A DNA stretch of 64,000 nt from contig OY970061.1 of the NCBI GenBank assembly GCA_963705255.1, forward strand, positions 1,696,001 through 1,760,000, read 5' to 3'. Positions 55,189-64,000 of the stretch are shown piece after piece. The notes beneath the pieces were generated by a model. The model was not told the origin of the DNA. It saw only the letters and a program-made list of their open reading frames with translations, and did not search any database. The position numbers and the translations under genes are program-made. The DNA comes from an uncultured Methanoregulaceae archaeon. GTDB lineage: Archaea; Halobacteriota; Methanomicrobia; Methanomicrobiales; Methanospirillaceae. Positions within the stretch are counted from its first letter, which is position 1; each line of letters opens with the position of its first letter.

Positions 55189-55806
55189 TTTTTTTGTAGG
55201 TATTCATCTGGAAAAAATTTTCCAAATCCTGGTGCCAGATCTTCATTTTCAATAAATGTGCAGGGTGATCCCAATATTGTTGGAGCTTCATCTGGGGGAG
55301 GCTACTTGATTCCCCCAGTAGTTAATGAAGATATAAAAGAGGAAAATCACACGTTAGTTCAAGGCTCAATTCCAACAAATGAGACGATTTTCTTCGGTTA
55401 ATCTGAATTAAAGGAGAGGGCCAACCGGGTGAATGGACCGGTCGAGGATGGACTTGGATCCAAAGATCGGATCGATCGGTTCTGAAGCATTGTTGACTTT
55501 GTGATTTAGTTCGCGATGAAGAATATCTTGTAAAGTCACGAAGATACACCAGAACCGTATTTTCTTACAAATAATACGTACAATCAGATGAATCAGCACT
55601 CAAAACAACGATAGATATACGATCGAGACGACCATATTATACAAATCATTCGCTCGCAACGAACCAGACCTGTCGGCCCTAGGGAACGCCGCTGACATGA
55701 TTACAGAAGAAATTGAGGAGATCTCATTTGAGTGCCTGGAGAGGTTGAATCCCGTGCCCGATTCAGATGAGTGCGGTCTGAAAAATTTGTTCCGGAGAGA
55801 ACAGCA

Positions 55807-56394
55807 ATGTCAGATGATGAATTAATCGAGATGTACGGGAAGATGAGTATCGCACTCGATCGAATCGAAGAGTGCCATGAATTTACGCCGCTCATTCCGG
55901 AAGTGAGATCAAACCTGGTTTTTGCACGAAAGGAGGCTAGAACACCGGAAGATGTTCTTGCAATAGATGGCAGGATAACCGTTGTAAACCATCTGCCTCA
56001 TGCCGCCGGTAGACCCCGGTTTGGGGCATCGAGCCATATGGCGCGTCTCATTATTGAGATACGAGAATATAGCTCATCCTTCCGTGCGGGGATCAATTTT
56101 GCAAATACCCCAAATCTCACCCAGTGGCTGGCAGAATACTGCAAAAAAAACAGCTGGACGTTCAGTGTCATAGACCGGCGAAATGAACCGGAGAACATCA
56201 GGCAGGCAGAAGGAGCGTCCATGGAATGGAAAGTGCGGGAGGCCATTCGCGCCGCCGGAGGGAGAACGCCAAAGATTTTTTATGAGACCGGTGCCATCGG
56301 CAAAGAACCCGTCTCCGTACTTATTGGAAGAGATCCTCTCGAAATTGCGGACCAGATATGCACCATAGCGACATTATACCATGACTCCCGGTAA
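55807..56394 (+). CDS. Stand-alone ThiN-domain (thiamine-phosphate synthase-like) protein
   Basis: LIPEVRSNL, DVLAIDGRI, FGASSHMAR, GKEP. Confidence 0.8.
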   Translation: MSDDELIEMYGKMSIALDRIEECHEFTPLIPEVRSNLVFARKEARTPEDVLAIDGRITVVNHLPHAAGRPRFGASSHMARLIIEIREYSSSFRAGINFANTPNLTQWLAEYCKKNSWTFSVIDRRNEPENIRQAEGASMEWKVREAIRAAGGRTPKIFYETGAIGKEPVSVLIGRDPLEIADQICTIATLYHDSR

Positions 56395-57424
56395 TCCAAA
56401 AATCGGAAAGATCGACCATGCATTGTTTAAAGAGTTTCTCCTCCACCGTCTTGGGAAAGATGACCCTTCCGTTTTAGTACCGCCGAGAACGGGAATAGAT
56501 GCCGGTGTGATTGACCTCGGGTATGGAAAGGTCCTGATCATCGCTGAAGATCCGATCTTTACCGTCCCAAAACAGCCTCTGGAGATGTTTGGCTGGTACG
56601 CCGTGCACATCGGAGCGAGCGATGTGGCCGTTATGGGGGTGAAACCACAGTATATGACCTACTCGCTCCTTCTTCCCCCGGAAACAAGTGATCGTGACTT
56701 CGGGACTATTGTCGATTCTATCCACAATACTGCTGTTGAGCTTGGTATTGCGATTGTTGGGGGACATACCGGGTACTATCCTGGTTTTACCTCTCCAACC
56801 ATCGGGGGCATTACTGTCTTTGCTATCGCTGATAAGGACAACTATGTTACCCCGGCAGGAGCACAGCCGGGCAATGACGTGATACTGACCAAAGGGCCTG
56901 CCATAGAGACTGCGGGTATTCTTTCCGTTCTGCGCGAGGCGGATCTGCACGGGAAATATCCGGATTCTCTTATCAAAAATGCCCAGGCACTCTGTCGGCA
57001 AATGAGCGTGGTAAAGGATGCGCTCACTGCGATGGCTGCCGGGGGGGTTACGGCAATGCATGATGCAACAGAGGGCGGAGTGATTGGCGGTCTTTTTGAG
57101 ATCGCAGATGCAAGCGGTGTCGGGATGGTTATTGACGAGTCCCGCTTTGTGTACCCAAAGGAAGTACAGATGGTGTGCGAGGCATTTGCCATCGACCCGG
57201 TCACTGCAATTGCTGAAGGATCTCTCCTTATCACGGCAAATCCGGAATATTCGGAAAAAATTATGGCTGCACTTTCACGTGCCGGTATCGATTCCTCAGT
57301 TATTGGCAGAGTGATAGAAGATCCGGATGCCAGAGTCCTGAAACGACTGAACGGAGAGGAAATTCCCCTTGCAATACCAGCACAGGATCCGTTCTGGCCA
57401 GTGTTTTTTGAGGGGCTCAGGTAA
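56381..57424 (+). CDS. AIR synthase-related (PurM-like) family protein
   Basis: IGKI, GIDAGV, EDP, SDVAVMG, VGGHT, AMHDATEGG. Confidence 0.88.
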   Translation: MTPGNPKIGKIDHALFKEFLLHRLGKDDPSVLVPPRTGIDAGVIDLGYGKVLIIAEDPIFTVPKQPLEMFGWYAVHIGASDVAVMGVKPQYMTYSLLLPPETSDRDFGTIVDSIHNTAVELGIAIVGGHTGYYPGFTSPTIGGITVFAIADKDNYVTPAGAQPGNDVILTKGPAIETAGILSVLREADLHGKYPDSLIKNAQALCRQMSVVKDALTAMAAGGVTAMHDATEGGVIGGLFEIADASGVGMVIDESRFVYPKEVQMVCEAFAIDPVTAIAEGSLLITANPEYSEKIMAALSRAGIDSSVIGRVIEDPDARVLKRLNGEEIPLAIPAQDPFWPVFFEGLR

Positions 57425-57691
57425 TCTGCTGCTGTTGTGTTTACGGTTGGTGACTACTATTTCACCTCGTTAAAATTTTCTAGCCAACCGCCAACGCATC
57501 AGGACCCCGAAGAATATGGTGCGGAGTCCATTGTAGTATCGTCTCACCCGCATGATGCGGACTCCCGTACAGCGATTCCGAATTCCGGAATTGTACGAAC
57601 GGTTTACCGTTGGAGGGCGATCTGGTCTGTTGACAATGGAAGAGCACTTCTGACCACAAAGATTTTCTTGGCACAATTTTACCTGAGCTTT

Positions 57692-58213
57692 ATGCGAACC
57701 AAGTGTGGTAGTAGCTGGAAGAGATCGCTTCTTCCGATACTTTTCGCTGGTTTGTTCATCCTTTCATTCCCTGTGCCGGCCGCGACCTCAACACCACCAT
57801 TCTTCCCGGTGCTCAGCATCACCGCACCAGATGCTCCCGTGCCGGCGGGATCCGACCTGATCATTACGGTCCACTGGGAGAGGGACTACAGTTACTGGGT
57901 TCACCCTGATCAGGTATCAGTCACCCTGTACGCACTCCCTGAGGGAACCACATATGCATCCTGGCTTCTCGACCGGCTGGAGAGTCCCGGAAAACCGGTG
58001 GGAGAAAACGCCGATTATTCCCTGACCGTCCCGGATAGGGAATTGCCCGCCGGGGCATTCATGATGATCGCGGCTGATCCGTTCAGCGGCGCGATCGCAC
58101 GAAAAGCCGTTGTACTGCATGGGTCCAAGACTTCACAGGCCGACATTCCGGCAACCTCCATCCAAAAGGATTTTCTGCACATGCCAAAGCTGAACCCCCC
58201 GCTTTTTTCCTGA
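57692..58213 (+). CDS. Secreted hypothetical protein
   Basis: Signal-peptide-like N-terminus. Confidence 0.55.
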   Translation: MRTKCGSSWKRSLLPILFAGLFILSFPVPAATSTPPFFPVLSITAPDAPVPAGSDLIITVHWERDYSYWVHPDQVSVTLYALPEGTTYASWLLDRLESPGKPVGENADYSLTVPDRELPAGAFMMIAADPFSGAIARKAVVLHGSKTSQADIPATSIQKDFLHMPKLNPPLFS

Positions 58214-58399
58214 TGCCACACGAAGTACCGCAGCTGCAGTCGAAAGGAACTTCAGTGGATGCCGGCCAAATAATCAGCATTCGTTAAGATTATGCACGAG
58301 TTCATCTACTGTCATCCCCTCCGGAAGACCCCCAAAGGACTGGCAATGGCGCCACATCGCTAAAAGTGATGGAGATGAACGAGTCTACCTGACTGCACC

Positions 58400-58493
58400 G
58401 GCCCCTTCGCATCACGCTTCGCAGTTTCCCCGTCACTGAGTACGTAACACACGCAGGCACTCAGTGACTCCGCTCGCTTCGCGTGGTCGGGGA
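58400..58493. repeat. REP-like nested hairpin between convergent genes
   Basis: GTCACTGAGT...ACTCAGTGAC inside CCCC..CACGC...GCGTG..GGGG. Confidence 0.5.
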
Positions 58494-58553
58494 TCTCCGA
58501 TTTTTCAACTCGTAAAAATTCCCTGTCAACCGACAACGCATCAAAGCTGTTTT

Positions 58554-60881
58554 TTATTTTTTCCTGGAAATTACATGTGCCCTTTCCGGTACCCTGATAT
58601 CAAACCTGGCGCCTTTTCCCGGTTCACCGGTCTCCTGGATGGACATCCCGGTAATGCCCAGGATCTCCTTCACGAGGAAGAGCCCGAACCCCCCGCCCTG
58701 ACCACTCCCCCTCTCGAAAATCCACTCCTTGCGGTTGTCAGGTATTCCGATGCCATCGTCTTCGATGGTAAGGATACCATCATTGTCGGCCGTTCGGAAT
58801 GAAACCACGATCGTAGTGATGGTCTCGCCATATCGGACGGCATTATCCAGGATGTTGTAAAGGACCTTCTGGAAAAGAGGATCGGCATACACAGAGAGGC
58901 CATCCAGTCTTGCATTCACCGTGATCTCCTTCATATCCACCTGGGATAACACCATCGCAAGTGCAGTTTCCACATCCTGCCATTCCGGGGCCTTCATCCG
59001 CATATCCTGATAATCCCGGGTGAATGCCAGGTGTTTTTCAATTATGGCCATGGCCCCATCGATCTTTTTGATATATTTTTGCAGAGTCATCGGATCCTTT
59101 GTTTCTTTGAGGAGACCGAGATAACCATTCATGGCGGTGAGTTTGTTCAGGATGTCATGGCGGGTAACTGAAGAGAGGAGAGCGAGCTTGGTATTGGCAA
59201 GCCGGAGCGCTTCTTCAGATTCGATCCGGGATGAGACATCCCGCAGAATCGAGATGATCCCGCTCGGATTCCCCTGGGCATCATGAAGCAGGGAGCAACT
59301 GATATCAGCAAAAAACAATGAGCCGTCTTTCCGCATGATCCGGTATAATGACGCACAGGGTTCTCCAGTCCCGATAAGCTTCCCGATGTGCGTTCGGGCA
59401 CTCTCCCGGTATTCCGGGGCAACCCAGTCGAGAACTGCTGTCCCGTGAACGGCCGTTTCGTCCCCTGCTTTCAGCAGTTCAACGGTTTTCGGGGATGCGA
59501 ACCTGATCTTTCCTTCGATATCCGAGATTACTATGCCATCCGGTGATGCATGGAACAGGCTGCGATAGAGCTCTTCACTCTCTCTGAGAGCATTTTCTAC
59601 CAGATTCCGTTCAATTGCCGAACCGATAAGTGCGGCTGAAGTTTTCAGGGCATCAAGTACACCAGGGAGCCACTCTTTCTTTGCCGCGGTCTCGAACCCA
59701 ATAACTCCCCAAGGTGCATTCCTGACCAGAATGGGCACGATTGCTGTATTGCAATGCTCTTTTGCCGGTGTTTCCCCGCTCATGCCCGCAAGGGAAACAC
59801 CTCCCGAATAAATAACGATCTCCCCGTTCCTCAGGCGTTTTTCATTATCGCTGTATCCCATTTCCCGGTAAGGAATCAGGTTGTGCCGGGGATTATCGAT
59901 CCATGGTTCACCACCTGGCTTCACCCACTCATACGCCAGCCTGGCAAGGGGACGATCGGGAGTCCCGGATGGAGTGTAGATGTAAACACGGTCGACACCA
60001 ACTGCCTCTCCGAGAGCGCCGAGCGTTTCAGAGATCATCCTGTCGAGGTCCCTGGCACCAATGAGTCTTCCCGCTGATATCGCGATTGCCTGGAGGATTG
60101 CATCCCGTGACCGAAGTTCCTTTTCGTTCCGTTTGCGATCCGTGATATCGAGTGCATAGGAGAGAAAAAAAGATTTTCCTCCGGTCTCGAAGATATCTCC
60201 GGAGAAGAGTTTGTTCATCCGTTCCCCATTCTTTCGTACGCATTCCATTTCGACATTCCGGATCTTCTCTCCCTTTTTGACCGTCGCGATCATCCACTCC
60301 TCAAATGAGGGATCTCCGAAAAGCCCCAGCTCCATCGCCGACCTTCCGATCACTTCATTTCGCCCGAAGTCTGAATAATCGAGAAACACCTGGTTGACAT
60401 CGATAAAGCGACCGCTCGGAAATTCACAGATAGCCATTGCGATAGGGTTGATTGAGAATGCCGTCGAAAATTTCTCCTCGCTTGCCCGGAGTGCCTGCTC
60501 GGTTTGTCTTTTCTGGACTGCTTCCTTGATCTTGTGTATGAGCTCTGCGAACTGGGCTTTTGGATCTCCCCCTTTCTGCAGGTAGAAATCGGCCCCGTTG
60601 TCAAATGCCTGGATAACAATTTCCTCCCGCCCTCTTCCGGTGAAGAGGATGAACGGGATACGGCCATGATGCTGGCGAATGTATTTGAGAAATTCAATAC
60701 CATCCATATTTGGCATCTGGTAATCTGAGACGATCGCATCATACGTTGAGGATGCAAGTATTTCCCGGGCGTCGAGCGGGGACGTGCAGGTCTCAACAGA
60801 GAATTGTCCCGTCTTTTCCAGGTACAATTTCGCAATTTCCAATAAATGCGATTCATCATCTACATACAGTATTGAGATCAT
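58554..60881 (-). CDS. REC-PAS-GAF-PAS hybrid histidine kinase
   Basis: LYVDDE, DRVYIY GAF, VTRHDILN, DNAVRYG, DDGIG. Confidence 0.9.
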   Translation of the reverse strand: MISILYVDDESHLLEIAKLYLEKTGQFSVETCTSPLDAREILASSTYDAIVSDYQMPNMDGIEFLKYIRQHHGRIPFILFTGRGREEIVIQAFDNGADFYLQKGGDPKAQFAELIHKIKEAVQKRQTEQALRASEEKFSTAFSINPIAMAICEFPSGRFIDVNQVFLDYSDFGRNEVIGRSAMELGLFGDPSFEEWMIATVKKGEKIRNVEMECVRKNGERMNKLFSGDIFETGGKSFFLSYALDITDRKRNEKELRSRDAILQAIAISAGRLIGARDLDRMISETLGALGEAVGVDRVYIYTPSGTPDRPLARLAYEWVKPGGEPWIDNPRHNLIPYREMGYSDNEKRLRNGEIVIYSGGVSLAGMSGETPAKEHCNTAIVPILVRNAPWGVIGFETAAKKEWLPGVLDALKTSAALIGSAIERNLVENALRESEELYRSLFHASPDGIVISDIEGKIRFASPKTVELLKAGDETAVHGTAVLDWVAPEYRESARTHIGKLIGTGEPCASLYRIMRKDGSLFFADISCSLLHDAQGNPSGIISILRDVSSRIESEEALRLANTKLALLSSVTRHDILNKLTAMNGYLGLLKETKDPMTLQKYIKKIDGAMAIIEKHLAFTRDYQDMRMKAPEWQDVETALAMVLSQVDMKEITVNARLDGLSVYADPLFQKVLYNILDNAVRYGETITTIVVSFRTADNDGILTIEDDGIGIPDNRKEWIFERGSGQGGGFGLFLVKEILGITGMSIQETGEPGKGARFDIRVPERAHVISRKK

Positions 60882-61136
60882 ACGGATCGGGGGATAGAAT
60901 ATATTCTTTTTTTATGTATGAGTTCATGGCTTTTCCTATTCGCTTCCGACAAGTATTTACAAAGAAGACCTCGGTGAACTGATCCCCGATTCTTTTTATG
61001 CACATAACCGGTGAGGTGACGAAATAATGGCTCTTGGAGAATTCCTCAAAGAATGCTGGTGACTTTCTCGCAGGCATCGGAAAAGGATAACGTTCAAAAA
61101 AGTATTGAACGGTGTCTTTTCTTGCGTGTCGCCGTG

Positions 61137-61478
61137 CTAATCCTGATCCCGGAACAGCGCCGGGTTCTGCCTGCGGATCCACCAGCGGCGGGCGAGCACA
61201 ATTCCCACAACCACAAGGACGATTGCCACGGCACCGATGATAATCGAACTCACCGGGAGCCCGCAAGAACCGGCCGGTGCCGGTGCTGATGCCGGAACTG
61301 CGGTGGTCTCCGTAGTTACGGGAACCGTGGTCCGGGCAGTTGTCGGGTTCTGCAGGTGCAGGTTTCCGGCCTGGGTTACTGAATCCCCGGCACAGGTGTC
61401 GGCATCCTTTGCAGAAACTCCCGATATGAGCACGATGACGCAGACCAGGATTACCAAACTTATTCCGGAGACTTTCAT
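61137..61478 (-). CDS. Small T-rich membrane protein with RRWWIRRQNPALF tail
   Basis: Signal peptide, T/P-rich linker, TM helix, basic tail. Confidence 0.7.
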   Translation of the reverse strand: MKVSGISLVILVCVIVLISGVSAKDADTCAGDSVTQAGNLHLQNPTTARTTVPVTTETTAVPASAPAPAGSCGLPVSSIIIGAVAIVLVVVGIVLARRWWIRRQNPALFRDQD

Positions 61479-61519
61479 AGTATACCGGTAAGCGGATTTC
61501 GGTATCCGCCACTTAATGT

Positions 61520-61582
61520 TTCTAACGCGATCGTCTACCGGTCAGGGGTCCGGTAGAGAGTTGCGTTAGAATCGTTATATAT
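61520..61582 (+). promoter_or_regulatory. 52 bp imperfect palindrome followed by a TATA box
   Basis: TTCTAACGC...TCTACCGG..CCGGTAGA...GCGTTAGAA, then TTATATAT at 61575. Confidence 0.65.
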
Positions 61583-61603
61583 CGGGTAACGAAATTCCAA
61601 TTC

Positions 61604-61957
61604 GTGGACAGCCGGGGGGTTGTCCCGAAAAGAAATGATGGGTTCTCCAAGCGACGAACTTCGTTGAACCCGGTCCACCCGCAGGCATGTGATCATTATC
61701 GTAAATTCTTATGAGGATTTTCCTGTGTCCGGGTTGACAGCAAAGGAAGTGATAGCATAAACTTCACATACGGAAAGCAGAACAAAACTGGCGGTGTCCG
61801 GCAGGATATCGTTCTGGTTAACGAAGGAGAGCGGCCACATACACCTGACCGGGTACTCCGGAAGACGGAGATTCTCGGCACGGGCATCCGGTCATCCTAC
61901 AGGAAAAAACCGGTGAAACCGGGTGGGGATGATGATGGCAATTAGGAGAGCCGCCAG
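61604..61957 (+). ncRNA. Candidate large structured non-coding RNA/leader of unknown family
   Basis: Starts ~25 nt after the TATA box; many local and long-range complementary segments; no credible ORF. Confidence 0.5.
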
Positions 61958-62004
61958 TGAATCGGCCGGCAGAAATCAGCCCGGGAAGCGGAGGCGGGCA
62001 CAGA

Positions 62005-62274
62005 ATGCCGAAGAGTAAATCCGTGACTGAATCTGGTATTCCGCTCTATCTCCTGCCCTGGGCAATCGCACGGCAGATCACCCGGATCGGGGACTCGGTG
62101 TACCGCATCAGCGTGAAGAGGACGCACTGGCACCACTACAACGCCTCGGTCCGGACGAAGACGCTGCCCCGCGAGCTCGCGCCGGGCAGTCTCGCCGGAT
62201 TCTCGCTGGCCACACCGCCGGACACCGGCAATCGCGGGATGGCGACAGGGGCCACCGGGGGAAGATCCGGATGA
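62005..62274 (+). CDS. Small basic hypothetical protein
   Basis: GGAGG RBS; ATGA overlap with the next gene. Confidence 0.6.
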   Translation: MPKSKSVTESGIPLYLLPWAIARQITRIGDSVYRISVKRTHWHHYNASVRTKTLPRELAPGSLAGFSLATPPDTGNRGMATGATGGRSG

Positions 62275-62742
62275 CACGCGGAAGGCCGCCGGACCAGGCG
62301 CTCAAAGAAGCAAAGGCCATCGCACGGCGGCAGGGAAAGCTCTGCGAGAATACCCGGGGACGGGGCCTGCTGTACGACTTCGCCATCCACCTCGCGTTCC
62401 TGACGATCTACATCCAGGTCCGGCGGATGAAGACGGCTGCCGAGACCGCGGACGACATCCTCTCCGTGTGTGCCCGCGACATCGCACGGATCCGCCGGGT
62501 CCCGGCGACTGCCGTCCTCATCCGGGAGCTGTCGGCCCGGTCGCCGGCCGGGGCATGGCGGTACTTCCTCGGTACTCGACGACCTTCTCGTGGAGATCCC
62601 GGCCGAGGCTATGCCGGAGAACATGGCCGGCACCCGGCTGCTGCGGGAAGATGCACCCGGGCCGGACCGGTCGTCCGTGCCAGGAGGAGCTCCGGTGGTA
62701 AGGGGAGGCTACTACTGCCCGTTCATGGTACCGTCGAAGTGA
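62271..62742 (+). CDS. Degenerate PD-(D/E)xK (YraN/Hjc-like) protein, indel near 62571
   Basis: MTRGRPP...YDFAIHLAFLTIYIQVRR (D-x12-Q-x-R)...RELSARSPAGAWRYFLVLDDLLVEI after correction. Confidence 0.55.
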
Positions 62743-63162
62743 GCCCTCCCACATCCTTTTTTCAAGGGTTCTGGGAGATACAATCCTCCTCAAAAATAAC
62801 TCCTCAATTCAGCCCCCGTTTGCCGAAATAAGCCCGATTTGAAAGGTCGGTTTTCCGGGTATCGCGTTTTTTGGCGAATTACAGCACAGTGATTTTGAGA
62901 TAAGGCTGTATTGGGGGTATTTTGCTCATTTGGGGGGCATTCTAGCCTCTGAAAAATGTCTCTTTATTGCCTTTTGGATGAGCGATTGCTGCCCAATGGC
63001 GGCAGGAGGCTGGAGAATATTGAGGAGCATCAGACTCGAAAGAGGAGAAGACCGAAGGTCTTCGACTGAATGCCGGAGGCATTCTTCGAACGATGATCCG
63101 GGAGCTGAGATCCTGTGGAAAAGGCTGTCCGGGAAATGGGAGGGGGTGGGATCTGGGTGCTG
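62729..63162 (+). repeat. Dispersed ~300 bp repeat, copy 3 (115 bp insert at 62982-63096)
   Basis: Colinear with copies 1 and 2; insert flanked by a GATGA direct repeat. Confidence 0.9.
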
Positions 63163-63271
63163 AAATTTGAGGGTCAAGCCCACTCCCGACAAAGAACAGT
63201 ACGATAATTTATCCAACCGTGATTGATAGTATTTTCGTCGGAGTCAGCGTGCCGGACCTGAAAGGAACAGA

Positions 63272-63496
63272 TTACCCCTCGTCCGACGATGGCCCGTCCT
63301 TGTCTTCCTCGTACGTGAAGACGTCGTCGATCCCGACATCGAAAACATGGGCAATACGGTACCCGAGCTTCAACGACGGGCTGTACTTGTCCTTCTCCAT
63401 GGAGATGATGGTGTTCCGCGTAACTCCGACAAGCTCTGCGAGTTGCTCCTGGGTCATTTCGTGCTCGGCACGGAGCACGCGGATCCGGTTCTTCAT
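63272..63496 (-). CDS. XRE-family HTH regulator
   Basis: MKNRIRVLRAE..MTQEQLAELVGVTRNTI..EK.KYSPSL. Confidence 0.92.
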   Translation of the reverse strand: MKNRIRVLRAEHEMTQEQLAELVGVTRNTIISMEKDKYSPSLKLGYRIAHVFDVGIDDVFTYEEDKDGPSSDEG

Positions 63497-63512
63497 TGCA
63501 AGCCTTGTGTAG

Positions 63513-64000
63513 TTAGTATTTTCTGTTGTAATAGAGATAAAATGCTCCGAACGTTGCGAGGATTATGACGAGCATGCTCCCGACGGTCATCCCGACAAGG
63601 CCCCGGTTCTCGTTCTCCCGGTAACTCTCCCGGAGGTAGGAGCAGTAATCCATGGCTTCGGATTCATTCATCGCGTTGATGTTTTTGATCGTTGTGGACC
63701 GGATGAGGTTTTCCGGTTGTTCCGGGCCGCCCGGCGGGTAGAGGTTGATGGTCATGGAACTTGTCCCGTCAGCATTCGTGGATACTTTCCCGGTTATGGA
63801 CGGGGCGAGCGGTGCACTTACCACGTAGGAATACAGGATGACCGTGGCGATGGTCCCGGCGATCACCAAGACCTCAAGGGTGCGGAGCGCAGCCTTCGAC
63901 CGGATCCGGGCCGTCCGTTCATCTGCTATCACCCCGGTTACATTCTGGCGGCAGGCGAGGACGACGATGACCCCCAGGGGAATGGCGATGACGGGGACGA
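63513..64000 (-). CDS. DUF2178-like membrane protein, 5' end outside the window
   Basis: ADERT..I..KAA..TLEV; AFYLYY tail; paired with the XRE regulator. Confidence 0.75.
   Translation of the reverse strand, partial: VPVIAIPLGVIVVLACRQNVTGVIADERTARIRSKAALRTLEVLVIAGTIATVILYSYVVSAPLAPSITGKVSTNADGTSSMTINLYPPGGPEQPENLIRSTTIKNINAMNESEAMDYCSYLRESYRENENRGLVGMTVGSMLVIILATFGAFYLYYNRKY

Noticed and set aside
55260-55700. AT-rich stretch, possible gene remnant (likewise 25785-26050)
   Set aside because: Only short ORFs without recognisable motifs; no call can be supported
61604-61957. Group II intron, RNase P or SRP RNA
   Set aside because: Domain V, GAGGAAAGUCC and SRP helix 8 signatures were not seen

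Overview
Chromosomal window from a methanogenic archaeon, most likely Methanomicrobiales (Methanoregula-like). Markers include apgM, rps3ae-pcc1-DHH-rps15 with an S15 leader, ycaO-tfuA, FEN1, a presenilin homologue, a TBP paralogue, and PAS-rich kinases and chemotaxis genes. Accessory blocks are a defence-like island (~20.8-27.7 kb), a ~17 kb array of secreted/surface proteins (28-45 kb) and an HTH regulator followed by four GWCP-motif (DUF1673-like) membrane proteins (45.1-49.0 kb). The most unusual signal is a unit at 61.5-63.2 kb: palindrome, TATA box, ~350 nt of highly self-complementary non-coding sequence, a small ORF, a degenerate PD-(D/E)xK-like ORF and a ~300 bp tail. Two 5'-truncated copies of that tail flank the AbiE-like cassette, and two of the three copies carry inserted members of a small hairpin-module family. 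About 20 single-base frameshifts, some in essential genes, suggest consensus indel errors. All calls are by eye; no databases were searched.
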